Positions 25,697-38,363 of a stretch of 64,000 nt of DNA are shown here, piece after piece. The stretch spans positions 1 through 64,000 of the forward strand of contig JABANN010000022.1 of the NCBI GenBank assembly GCA_013115125.1. Reading direction: 5' to 3'. The stretch comes from Perkinsus olseni (Eukaryota). Numbering within the stretch: the stretch's first letter is position 1; the number at the start of each line of letters is the position of its first letter. The position numbers and the translations under genes are program-made. A model generated the notes under the pieces. That model saw nothing but the letters and a program-made list of their open reading frames with translations, did not search any database and had not been told where the DNA came from.

Positions 25697-28600
25697 ATGC
25701 TCAGCTCGTCGCTGCTAGGCCCCTTCTTGTTCCCACCCATGGTGAAAATTTACAAGTCGTCTCTCAACGTCAACAACTCGGCCATTCTCGCGCCTTCTGT
25801 TGAACCGTTGACGTCGTCGTTCGCAAACCACACGTCTGGTGTCACTCCGAGTACAATACCCTTCTTCGTGTCTAACAGCCTGGACCTGAGCCTATCAGCT
25901 CAATGCGAGAGGGCGAGCACGAGAAAGTACACTAGAATCTACTACAACATTCAGACCGGGCAGGTGAGCATCAACGTTCCAGGTCGCAGACGTTCGCTTG
26001 GGAGAGGTCTCGTTCAGGTGATCATAACCTTCGTATTCTCTATAATTGGTCTCGTCTTCTTCTGGGCACTTGTCGAGGTTTTGGTCCGGCGAAAGATCAC
26101 CAATCAGCTGTAAGGACTGTGGCCCTCCCTCCTCATCTGGCGCATGGGTCAACCTCAGATACATGCAACGGTTGAAGCACCCTCGATGCCGTGGCGTCGA
26201 TGCTTCTAATCTGGATATGCGAGACTTGCCACCGGAGCCTGACAATCAGAAGGGCCATTTCAAATCTATCCTTCACGGTGAGTTCGCAGCGCACCAATCT
26301 CGTGGAGAGAATCTTTCTCTGCCGCAGCCGTCCGGAGTCTCAAGAATGGCAGCAACGATAAGCGAGGAGATGACGAGCGGCTTCTCAGCATCATCGGCCT
26401 GGACGCCTTCATGGTGCTCCGCTTCCTCAAAATGAGCCTCATCTTTTGCATAGTATCAACAGCGTAGGCATCAACTCCTTATGTTCCGTATCTTTCTACC
26501 TTCAACATTAGATACGTCATGCTGGTGCTAGTCCCAGTGTACTACTCTCAACCATCGTCAGGCGAGACTATTGGCAACGGGATCGCCTACATAAACTCGT
26601 CACACATCAACAAGAACAACGTCACTCACGCATGGGTTTCGGTGAGCTCACGACAATCAGACTCCTCTCGTTACCACCCGAAGTCCACAGGTTATCAGCT
26701 GCTACATTCTGACCTTCTTCATCTGCGGACTTATGCGGTACGAATGGAAGCACTATGCACGCATGCGCACGGTGTGGCTAGGCCAAGTTCGGGACTCCAC
26801 CCGCCAGGCGAGAGACGAAGGAGCTGCCGGAAGTCTCCAGTCCCTCACTATCAGATACGGCATACTGTGATGATCGAAAGCGTCCCGCCTCGGTATCAAT
26901 CCCGTAAGGCTATCATTGAGTACTTCGAGAGAATCTTGGGCGAGGGCAGCGTTTACAGCGCGTAGAAGCTGGCCAATTTTGGTGATATCCCAGGCCGACC
27001 TCGCAGATACGTTTGTCGTGGTACCGCCGCTCTGCATAAGATGCTGTCTCAACGGAGTCGTCGACAGTTCCTCACGGATATCTCATGCGAATCAGGAAGT
27101 GGGTGGAAGCAGGGGCATGTTACTTCTCCGCTGTTTTCAATAGTCAACGCAAGATGGGGAAGGGTGTAGAGTCTCTCTCTTGGGCCGGCTCTCTTGAGGG
27201 AGGTCCGCTATTACGATCGGCGCATAATGAGCAACGGGGTGAGGAACCGTTTACGATGCCGTCAGGTCGGGAAGACATCGAGAAAATAGAAGGGAAGATC
27301 GAAAGGACGCGGCGGAGGCTTCGACTGATGCATGAGAAGGGCACGCTCACACGTCGTCGGAGCGCATACTCCCCAGTAAAGAGGCAGGACTCCGTGCGAC
27401 AGAAGTTTGCCCGCCACGACTCGGCTGCCTTGCAAAGTGAGGCTCGTCTCCGACTTGCGTCGCTACGCGAGCTCTTCACCGTTATTACCTGTTCGTCTCA
27501 ACACACGTCCACCCTGCAGGTGCTATCAAGGCAATGGATCGAGCTGTAGGCCTCATACCGTCGATTATAGACGATAAAGACTGTGAGCAGCCCGCCAACC
27601 CCTCCCCACCGATTCACGACTGCTTCTCCTAGGTACAGCACTGGTCACCTTCGTCGACATGCGCTGCCGCTCAGCTGTCTCTCAGCTCAGCCTCTCACAA
27701 GAGCCCAACTACTGGTCGGCAAACGAGTCCTCGTCGCGCCCCTAAATCTCATCCCATCCTAGGCACGTTCGTGAAGCACCCATGCCCAGCGATCTCATAT
27801 GGGAGAACATGACCGTCTCGCGACACGTTACGGGTGAGTCCTCAGAAGCCCTCCGTTACCTCCATCCGGCTGTTCGTCAGAAACTCGAGGGAAGGTCGTG
27901 TTTGCCCTGTTGGTGGTGTGGGGCCTCTTCTACACCGTCCCCATCGCAGCCATCCAGGAGCTGGCCTCCACCCTCACGCTCAGGAGTACGCCCTCTAGTC
28001 TTGTTCTCTTTGCGCGGTATCCGCTCTTCAGATACGGAGGTTGATGAGGATCCAGCCCTATTCAGTAGGGACTGGTGGGTCCAACTAGTCCACCTGTGAG
28101 TGCCCGGGAGCTCTTCTGCATTTTGCATCGCCGGCCAATCTGCAGGTATCTTCCGACCTTCCTGCAGCTGATCCTTCTCCTAGCTCTCCCGCAAGTCTTT
28201 CGCTTCGCCGCTGTCTAGTAGGCCGAGAGCCTGCTGACTGTTCGGAGTTGTTGACCCTTCAGTTACGAACGTTACAAGTTGAGGAGTGAAGCCACGATGC
28301 ATGTGGCTCGACGCTTCTTCGTCTTCCAGATGCTCACCGTTTACGTCATTGTACGTATCTCCTGCTCCTCCTCCTCGAGCCCGTCGACTTCACGCTGGCT
28401 TCGCAGGTCCTGGGAGAGCTGTGGCTCAACATTGGAGACATCTGGGAGAAGTATTCAGCAGCCGACACCACCGTCTGCCTGTTGAAGGCCATCGGGAAGG
28501 TTGGTTGGTCGGGAAGGAGTCTGCATTCTCTCGACCGAGGGACGGCTTCCCCTCAGGACGTTCCGAACGTAGCTGTCTACTTCATCACAGTTGTCTGTGC

Positions 28601-29912
28601 CAAGATAGTGACTAACATCGGGTACTGCGTCCGGCCTCTTGTCGGCAATGCCGACTCGGCATCACGGCTGCTGATCAGAATGGCCACCTCCCATCCCTAT
28701 GAGCTCTGCTACCTTCTCGTTGGCTACTTCCGTATGGACCCTCAGCAGCGTAAATACTGGATTGAGGACGGTCGCCCTATAGGAGAGATCGATACCAGCA
28801 GCCCGAACAGAGGGCAGCAGAAGGCGTCCACGGGTGAGTTGGTCGGCCTCTTCTTTACCTCATTCTCGTTGCCCTCAGGCACTGGTCTTCCACCGATCTA
28901 CGAGAACAAGTTGACGCCCCCAACTCGATGGGATTTGGCGCATGTGCTCTACAGCGAGGACGTCCCCAACATCCTCTTCGTAAGTCCGATCGGTCCCTGC
29001 TTGAAAGCTTATCGCACCCTGTGTCAGGTTCTCAATATTTGTATCACCTTCGCGGTCATCTCGCCACTTGTCTTGGGTGAGCCCCCCTCCCTAGATTCCT
29101 CTGAGGACCCTTCACTCTCAGTCGCTGGCTCCATCTTCTTTCTCTTCGCCTGGGTCGCCTTTACCTACCAGTTCGCGCATATGCACACGCACGCCTACGA
29201 GACCGGTGGTTTGATCTGGAAGCACCACTTTATGGTAGCTGCGTCGCTCCGCCTTTTTTCTACCGCTCCTCGTGTCCTCAGTGCATCTGTGTGTCTCTGG
29301 CTCTGAGCCACATAGTGCTCGTCGGAGTCCTCATCGCCAAGTTCAACGTCCATGACAGAGTTGTCCATGCCCAGCTGATCGCAGTTCTAGTGTTGCCGTT
29401 CTTCGTGGTGGGTCCCTGACTCCAGAGGCTCGAGCTTCCCCGTCACCATCTCCCTCTCAGTGGTTCTTCTACCGGAACTGCGTGTCGACCTACACCCGTT
29501 GCACCGAGTACGTATCATTGAGTGTCGCCGCTGGTCTTGATGGATCGGACAAAAGCAGGTCTGCCGAGGCCATTAGAACAACTAACAGGCTTGGTTGTGT
29601 TGTTGCAGGTCGGCCATAGGTCACGTGGATCCTGTCGTTGCCGCTAACTTCTCCCCGGAGCTCTACGTCCATCCCCTCCTGCAGAACCGCACTCCCATAT
29701 ACGACATCCGAGGCCCGATACCTCAGCAAGTCGTCGAGGAGCAGGCGCCGAAGCAGACACCGGTCGCGGTAACCGAGCCGTCTCCCGTCGTGATTGAATC
29801 GCCAATGGCGAGCTCATCGTCCGGCGAGGAGTCGGACGACACAGCAGCTCATTATTCTGATGCCGAGAGCATTGCGGATGATGATGAGCACCACGAGGAA
29901 ATTAGCGTTTAG
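25697..29912 (+). CDS. OSCA/TMEM63/CSC1-family mechano- or osmo-sensitive channel, many exons
   Basis: Spliced segments: GLDAFMVLRFLKM (about 26395), MLVLVPVYY, HTVMIESVP, TALVTFVD...SQL.LSQEPNYW-HVREAPMPSDLIWENM (27632-27812), DVPNVAVYFIT, FAVISPLVL, YETGGLIWK. Acidic C-terminal tail ends at 29912. Confidence 0.88.
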
Positions 29913-30054
29913 CTCTCCCTATTGGCCTTGATTGTCTCGGTTCCACTGCCAAGGCGCTTTTGCGACCCCCATGATTGCCTTATGTTGTCCTATGACGGCG
30001 CGTTGTATTCATCTGGAGTGCTCAATCGCTGACAGCCGCCGCCATCAGAGGTGC

Positions 30055-31567
30055 ATGCCCAACACTGGTCAGCTGGAGGACCCTCCATGGGAGGTACGCA
30101 GGCGAGAAGAAGCGGCCAATGCCTCCCTTGCTCGCTCACGACGAGCCGGCACGGGAGTCGCCTTTCCACCTGTTGACTCGGCGATTGGCGTCACTTCCCT
30201 CATAGAGATTGCCGCCTTCAGAAGACAAAGCCAGCCGGGTAACTGGTGGCCGCTGGTGCCGAGAACGAATGGCCTGCTACGTCGAGTGGTGGGGGAAGTC
30301 ATCTTCGTTCTCTATCAAGTAAGATGTTTTACTTCGGAGGGTTTTCTTATTCTTGCTGAGTTAATCGCATCGACGCTGCTGCTGACCAGGCCAGAAAATT
30401 GTTGGCAGCCGTTGGCAGATCCGTAAGGGCGCGAGCAGTACGCAATAGAACACCTGCAACGTGCTTGAGTCTGTCCCACTGTGCTCGCGCTTCGCTAGAG
30501 ATCGCCATTCGGACAGGCACACTTCACTTATGATCATGGAATGTCGTCCCCCACTTCCTGGCAACTTGCTGTACAGTATAGTGATGAGCACGGAGCGATG
30601 ACCACCTCTGAAGCGATGGTATCTTGTGTCAAGGTCGCCGTTCCGACGAACAGCGGCTGGACTCTGATGAACGCTTCCGCCAAGGACTTGCCGCCCGGCA
30701 TGGAACCGGGGTGTTTGACACTCACTCCGACGCAAGTCACCAAGAAGGCCACCGAGACAGCGGCTGCTGGGGTTTACGTCTTCAACGACCTATACCAAGC
30801 TAGCTTCCATCGTCAATCAGCAGGCCAGTCGCCGGCGCCAAAGCTCCTCCTAGAGGCGATCTCAGAGGACTTCTGGGGGCGGCAAAGGCACGAGGGGTAC
30901 GGCTTTATAGAGCTGCCGCAGGTAGACATTTGCATAGTGTTCATCAGTGCCATACCCTTGGCGTCAATTGTCTATTTTGGTGTGATCGCATGCGTCTGGC
31001 CTGTCAGACTGGTGGAAGACTTGAAGTTGAGGTTCCCCTTTGGAGGCCCCCTTCGTCCGAGCCTCAACGCGATGCCTGGTGTGGGACATTCGATCCGCTC
31101 CTATGCCGAGCCTTAATCGCATACGATAGTCGAGGACAGCAGGCGGGAGCGACCGCCCATGAACTCCCACTGAAAGGTTTGTTCCGATAGAGGGACGGTC
31201 CTGTTGCCCGAATAACTTTGTTCTCGCGCTTCCCTCTTCAACAGCACGTCTTCACTAGTTCGGAACACTGCGCTTTGTGCTCACTTGCCCCTCCTCGCTA
31301 GCACACCTCAGAAGGTCGGACTCAGAACCGCGCGGACTGGTCTGTAGGTATATCGACGACGAAGCTGGTGTCCGTGGCGCTCCGCTTGTTGACGCAGGTG
31401 TATTACCTCAGCATCGCCCCCTTCGCTCAGGTGACCGATTCGTGCAAGATGGGTGCTGCAGTGGAGCCATCGAAGTTAATATCGACACTATTGTCATTGA
31501 TCGCTCAGAGGCTGCTGATGGTCGAATGTCGAATCATAAACCACATGCCATGTCACGCACTTCGTAA
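30055..31567 (+). CDS. B9-domain ciliary transition-zone protein, MKS1-like; boundaries approximate
   Basis: PKLLLEAISEDFWGRQRHEGYGFIELPQ (30838-30921) spliced to TGGRLEVEVPLWRP matches the B9 motif S.D.W.R.R.EGYG...LP...G.....V..WRP. Confidence 0.7.
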
Positions 31568-32522
31568 AGGTGGAGGGTGTGGAGTTCTTGAGGGTCCCGC
31601 TGGTGCAAACAAGCCTTCGCTAGAGTTAACAGCCTTGTCAACGCTATGCCCCGAGTCGGCTCGATTCTGTGTCATACCGCGATCAACGGACTTCCCTAAT
31701 CTACGTTGATCAACCCCACATGCCACCCTGGATCTACGCGGTGCGTAAGTATTTACGCAACTCACACAATACGCTGGCGCATGCTGAGAGCGGTGCATCT
31801 GCCAAGGCGCTGAGAGGTGTAGAACGGAAACCATCGACTGTGCTCTTGATGGTCGACAACAACCTATGAGCTTTCAACGGCTCGTGCTTGGTCAATGCGA
31901 TGGCGCGTGCCGAAAACTTGTTGGTTCGAAATTGGGAGAGGCCAGAATAGCGTTCAACAGGTTGCCCATGGTGCATAGAACGTAAGTGACGGCGGCACAG
32001 TGGGCCGCTTGTCGGCAAGCATGCTCAGTAAGGTTCTTCTGTCTGTCTCTCCATGCATTGGTGACTAAGATCGTGTTACACAGATGTCTTTCGTTGTACC
32101 GCCCTAGTACTGAACTCAACAAGAGTGAATCATCAAATGAGCAATATTAGTAGTAGTAGGATACTAGCTGACTGTGTAGGATTTGAATACTCATATACCG
32201 TTGTTATGGTAACCGATGAGGAGAATGGTACGGATAAAAGCATCATAGGTTGCCGACAGAGCAGTAAATTGAGCGATGTAAAAATCACCATTATCGTCCA
32301 CCAAGTCTCTGTGTTCCCCTCATAAAAATATACAGAACCCCCATAGGGGAGCGACGACGAAAGACAAAGAACATCATTATAAGCCATCGCATGCATCGGC
32401 ATGCTGCTGAAAGAGGGGCACTTACATACAAGAATCATTGTCTCGCCGTCTAGTGCAGCCAACCAGCCTCGTGTACTCTACAACATTACATAAAATACAG
32501 AGCCACGCCAGCAGTGAGCAGA

Positions 32523-35514
32523 TCACACAAGTAGAGTGGCCGCAGTGCTTTCGTCGTCACCACTACACTTGCGTACAGTTATCGGCGTGGCATTGGCCAC
32601 GTCAAGGTGCCGTAACCGCATCGAACCGATCATGTTCTCATTCATCTGGGAGTCATCGACGGCCTGAGTTGAACGCATCACCAGCCTGGGCCACGGCGAT
32701 AGCCCCACCTGTATAACAAAGCCAACATGGATTTTCAGCTGTGGTATCGCCGAGTGCATGTGGTGCATCACGCTCTTCGCCAACCATACAAAGTTCCGTA
32801 CCTACAATCAGCGCTGATGGTCATAGACCTAGCAGATGATACCTACATCAATATCGACCTCGACCCACTCAAAACGGCCTGACGGATCGACGCGCATCTG
32901 ACAAAAGCATCCTTGTGAGGTCGAACAGATACCGCTGCCTGCAAACCTACACTGCCACTCTTGGTGATCAACACCGGCTTGCCATTGTATTTCTCGATCA
33001 GTGAGGGACGTATGAGGGACGGCAGGTGTAAATCCTTCAGATTCTCGCAGATGCCGATGACTAAACAGTCGAACTTGTGCGACGGTTTCGCCCCTGCTGA
33101 GCTCACCTTTGAACAGGTGGGAGGACCCATTGGCGGCTGCGCCTTGTGGTACACTGAAAAAGGAATTCGTAACAAGTGAGTCGCGGGAGTGTGGTTTTGT
33201 AGTACTTCTGAAAATTGGCGATACGGAAAAATTCTGAAAGCAGTCTCAAGTGCGGAGGGGCGTCGGGGGTTAGCTGACCTGTTTCGGGATCCATATACCT
33301 GCGACAAAAAAGAGCAGGTTCCCTTGCCGAGGTTCGAAACCGAGACCTTCCGAGATCAAGACTACCTTAAAGCGTTTTCCGGACTTATGGTGAAATATCC
33401 GGCAACCGAAAACCCGTGGTCACTTGGGGGATGCTGACCAAAAAGCTTCGGTCCAGCTTGATAAGGCATCTGAAATGACATGGGAGGGTTCGAACCCGGA
33501 TGCGCAGAAAGAAAATCACGAACCACACGACTAAACCATTCAATCACTTCTACCTCAACGTTGACGATGAGGACCCGAGGTAGGCACGGATTCTTGATCT
33601 TAGACCACTCCGACGAACACTGCTCCGGCAATCGTCCTCCGAGCACTCCATCCTGGAAGACACAACACTTATGACCTGCGCCTGCTAGGCCATAATAATA
33701 GCAGCACGATCGTCGTAAGATACGGTATTACATGAATGTTGTCAATTTTACAGGTGTCCGATCTGAACATGTCGCAGCCAACTCCATCATACCTACAGCG
33801 GGCCAACAACCATTAAAAATACAAAAACTCAACGGAACCACAATGAACTCGAACGCGCCGGCGCCAGCAAAGTTCTCAAATACTCCCAACAACGATTCCA
33901 CTGACTCGCAACCCCAACATTCGTTTCGGCCGCGGCAACGCTTCAACTGCGGCCTCGATTCGTCCGCCGTACGCAGTGTCGTCAACCCTACACTATCATG
34001 TACCAGTCCTCATACAGAGATCAGCGGGCATTCGGAATGCATCTAGACTAGCAGTTGGGGATGGTGCGGTACTCCACAGCCGCTACTACTAGAACGCGTC
34101 ACGCAGGGCTCCTGCTACGAACTCATTCCGCGCGTCATAGGGCCTCGGCCGTCCAGTGAAATTCTAGTGCCTCCCAGTATAGCCTGAACCCGTTCACTTA
34201 TCAACAACCATGTAAAGGGCAGCTGCCCCCGATCACTAAACCGTCAACAACTACAGATGTCGATCAGCTTAACGAGCAAAGATTCTCTTCCTACGTGCGT
34301 GCCCTCCGGAAGAGAGCTTACATGGGCGGTCCGCTAGCCGTTTTGTGGCCGTTCTTCATATAGTTAGGGCCACTCCGGACTTTGAACTTGCTAGCATCTC
34401 CAGGGCTCCAACAAACATGACCATTACTCACGGGCGGTAAGGGTTCAGAAGTAGCCGGACACTGAAAGATAACTACCATCATCAATTCGGGTAGTCTCAG
34501 TATAAAGTTCACTTCCTATTCTCCGTTAAAGATATATTCTCATTTTGATGGGGGTTAGTTCGATCCCCAGTACTGAGTGCAATGAGTTGCCGGTACTACG
34601 CCAACAGGCTGGATTCCAGCGCTACTTGCATTCATGCCATCGGGCGCGGCTCGGTTATTCAGGAAACGTTAGGATTTTCGAAAAGCAAGTGACGCTGAGC
34701 GGCGCATCTAGACCCCCCTATGCACCCCAGTACCACCCTTCTCGGTATCGTCCGGCATCCGAATCCGTACACAGGGTCGTCATCCTCAACCACTTCCCGA
34801 CACAAACCAGGCTTGCCGACATCAGGCGTGTTCACTTCTGAATTGCAGACTCCACTGCCGATAGCAGGCCTCCAACCTTACCTTTAGTGGTCGCTCTTGT
34901 CGATTGTTTATCATGGAATGGCACCACGACGCTGAGACCCGATTTAAGATGTGTCGGAATGACCACACCGGCCCGAGCGATGAGACTTTTGTTGGTCGAT
35001 CGACTTTTCTGAAAACAGCAACCAACACTTCATCGCCATGCTCCTTCAACAACAGTCGAACGCTGATTCAACGATCGTACTGTGATTATTCTATGCCATT
35101 CAGAGTCGTGCATGCTACTACTAACCATATGCCGGGTACAGCACCCTCCTACCTGTCCTCCTGCAGCCCAAGCCTGCCTCCCAACATGTCCAGCATCATA
35201 ACAATAATGGCCATGGGTTGAAGGGCAACGGATGTGGTGACCTGCGATGAGCCTTAACTCACACGAGAGCCCTGCTCACGCCCTCTACTACGTTCTCGGC
35301 AAAACGATTCTTCGGCATCAAACCAAGTTGTTCCCGATTCATCCACAAGTACATCGGTGGCCCACTCCTCGATACTGTAGTCCGCGGTCCGGGAGGCCCC
35401 ACCAGTGATGGCCCTTCGATCATGATCAGTAAAACTCTCATTGCGGTCGATGGACTCGGCGGCCGTGGCATCATCCTCATGGCATGAACAGCATTTAGAT
35501 GACTTATTACCCAT
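32523..35514 (-). CDS. EDR2 C-terminal (DUF1336) domain protein with predicted N-myristoylation and palmitoylation, multi-exon
   Basis: Starts MGNKSSKCCSC. Exons: CWSPGDASKFKVRSGPNYMKNGHKTASGPPM | YDGVGCDMFRSDTCKIDNIH; LPRVLIVN; FQMPY; KYNGKPVLITKSG; KIHVGFVIQ | AVDDSQMNENMIGSMRL. Confidence 0.85.
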
Positions 35515-36001
35515 GGGAGCAACAACGCTGCAAGGACAAGAACTCGCCTGGGGTTCCTCATCATCATCATTGCCATACCGACCTAATCTTAGTCGGCTGT
35601 CGAGGCCCATGCGCAACAGGAAAGCTTCTGCAGAACTGCTAGGCACGCGACACACCGAATCGATAAGGAGTTTCCGCAATACTTTCCAACCAGAGAAACG
35701 AAAATCGAAATGGAGATGTTTGGCGGCTCTCTGACTCCTAATTCCCGAGACCATCTTTGAGACTTGTGAACTTCACCCTTCAACCTTGGCCGTTATTTTG
35801 TGCGCCCCCAAACTCAGCAGTACAGCGCCCCCTTTGTGATCAGGACAGCATCAGAGCATAACATAGTCTGCTTCCGGAGTGGTGTTAGTTCGGGAAGAAG
35901 CAGCGCAGGAAGTTGTTCAAAGCACTCCTACCGCTGCTCCGCTCCGTCGCATTTTGTTGAATGTTTGGCCATTTTGATCGTTGCCTTGGTGCCTTGATAG
36001 C

Positions 36002-37406
36002 ATGCACTCTGTACCCTCATGGGCAACAGCACTAGACCAGCCGTCCCCACCTGCCCGCGAGGGTCCCGCCGATCAGAGGTATCTTTGCCGTATCCTACGT
36101 CGATTAGAGCTAAACGTACCTCAAGCTAGGAAGGTCGAGATCGAAGCTACGGCCCATCATCACACCGCCCTCCCGAGGCTCTGGCTGCGATGCCTTGGCA
36201 GTGCCCTCACACACAACACTCGCTGTAGAGCTCTAAGACTCAGTGGATGCCGACTGGGCGATGACGAGGTCAGCAGCATGGCGATCGATACCAATGTTCT
36301 AGCTTGATGCTTGCGTGATTCGACCGATACCACTCTTTTCGCGACTTTCGAGATGGTGGAGGGGCCTCGTCGCCATCTGGCATCGCCTTGCCTGATTCCA
36401 GTCCCAGGTGCGGCTTCTGTGCTCCCAGATGGGTCGTTGGTCGAGCCTTCGTGACCTCTCACTGGACCACAACAACATCACATGCAAAGGGGCCCACGCA
36501 GTCTTCACTCAGCTAGCCACAGCCCCTATTGGAGTAGGGCAACGTTATGTCTCATCGGGAGCTCCCCCTCCCAGGGCCTATCTCTAGAGACTTGTGACCT
36601 ATCATTCAATAGAGTTGGAGACAGCGGCGCCCGACGAATGGCCTTGACTCTGGCACAACATAACAGCTCAGTGGTAGTGACAGGGGAGCAGCAGGGGCTT
36701 GGGTCAGTCCTAGTCCCTCAGGGTCAGGGGTTGAGAGTACTGAATCTGAGGGGCAATAGGATAGGCGACTGGGGTGCTGGGTGGCTCAGTTTGGTAAGTC
36801 CGCTCGGATGCATTCCACGCTCGGTGCAGTAGGTTATAGCCGTCTGGTTCGTCGACCTGCCGATCAGTTGGGGGTCGATGGTGACGCTTCGCGGGAATTA
36901 CGGTACGCGTGGTCTGTGGTCTAAACCCTCCGAAGGTCGAGGTGTATGGTTAGTGGATCTTGGGATTCCGTCTTCAACTGCCCGTCGAACTCAAGCTGAG
37001 GCCTTATTCTTGCATACTCGCGGCGAGTACATAAGGATGCGGCCTCACCGAGTAACTCGTCCCACTGCAGTCTAAGGTAGCTTGTTATGGTCTTCTAGGT
37101 GGTGAGGAACTTAGGGGCTGCTGGCTGCTCCCTAGAAGTATTGGATGTCTCAAAGTAATAATTCAGAGTACCACTCTCTGCTACCTGTGCGGGGGTCGAA
37201 CCTGGGTTGATGCGACGTCAAAATTTTCGCTTAAACTGTTGACCATTGCGGTCGTCAGGAACCCCAGAATAACCCTCAGTGGCGGCCTGGCTGAGCTCAG
37301 CATGGCATGTCGACAGGCCAGGCAGACGCTGGAGCTAGACGGCGTTGTAAGGCAGCTCATCAGGCTTCCGGCCCGATGGTCCTACAGGTCCTCGCAGTCG
37401 GCTTAG
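36002..37406 (+). CDS. Leucine-rich repeat (RNI-like) protein, multi-exon
   Basis: Repeats RALRLSGCRLGDDE, LRDLSLDHNNITCKGA, LETCDLSFNRVGDSGA, LRVLNLRGNRIGDWGA, LEVLDVSK-NP. Stop TAG at 37404-37406. Confidence 0.8.
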
Positions 37407-38363
37407 GAGGCCTCACTTTGAAGGTATCCTTGGAGCGACCTAGGCTGCATACAGAAGAATCTTTCCAATCCCCCCTCGACGGGACGGAAGATACTCCCGT
37501 GAAAGTTCTCAAAACTTCGCCCTCTCGAGGGCTTATTGGACTGTCTGAGGAGCACATAGGCCGTAAGGGACTCCTGGATCGAGGGGCACCTACTTTTCTC
37601 CAGCCGACCACAGTGAACACTCTCCCGTTCCTTCTAGGTCTGTTGTTCTCTGGGGGGTAGCGGAAATATGACGACACTCTTCAGTTTGTCAGAAATCTCC
37701 CGTATGGGTGGAGCATTTGAGCTGAAAATGGATTAGGATCTGCGTAATTGATGTCCTCGTTGACGGAATTGTTTTGTTCGATCATGAAGATGATGCTTTC
37801 ATTGGCGAACCTGAACTTCCTATTCCTAGAGGCCCGCCGTCGCTAAACTGCCCTCTTGTTTATTCCCCAACTCGATCTCTCATTCCCGACCCTACCGCCG
37901 TTTTCGTAACTCCCTTGTCACGCTGTATTGGTTAGACTCCCTTTGGTCACCACTAGCGTACTAGGTTCAGAGCTGGTGCAAACCTTGCACGTATTCAAGC
38001 CTTCCCATGCCCTGCCACGGCCCCTCTCTGCTGGGGCCTCTAGAGGTACGCCGTCTGCCCTGCCCTTTGCCACGCGCTTCATCGTAGGTGAACCGTTGAA
38101 GGAGCGAAGCGGGAGGCCCCAGTCGGGTACTGTCATCTAGTTTTATAGTGTTCTAGTTATTGCTTCCCGCAGCACCTCTGTCCTCGGGACGGTCGAAGGT
38201 CCGTAGTGAGCAAGAGCGCCTCGTGGGCCATGCCAGGCAGGCTCAATCTGCTAAGTCCAGCGGGTGAGGCATCATTATGACTCCCACGGTCTCTGTTAAT
38301 GGTGCTTTCCTTGAGTTCCACAGTCTTAATGAAAGTTATGGTATCAGAGTTTGATCGTATCTA

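Noticed and set aside
33486-33499. GGGTTCGAACCC T-loop-like sequence
   Set aside because: No surrounding cloverleaf; lies within the EDR2-C gene.
37420-38140. Coding-looking minus-strand fragments between the LRR gene and MED7, and + strand 41647-41838
   Set aside because: No consistent start, splice path or recognisable domain; left unannotated.
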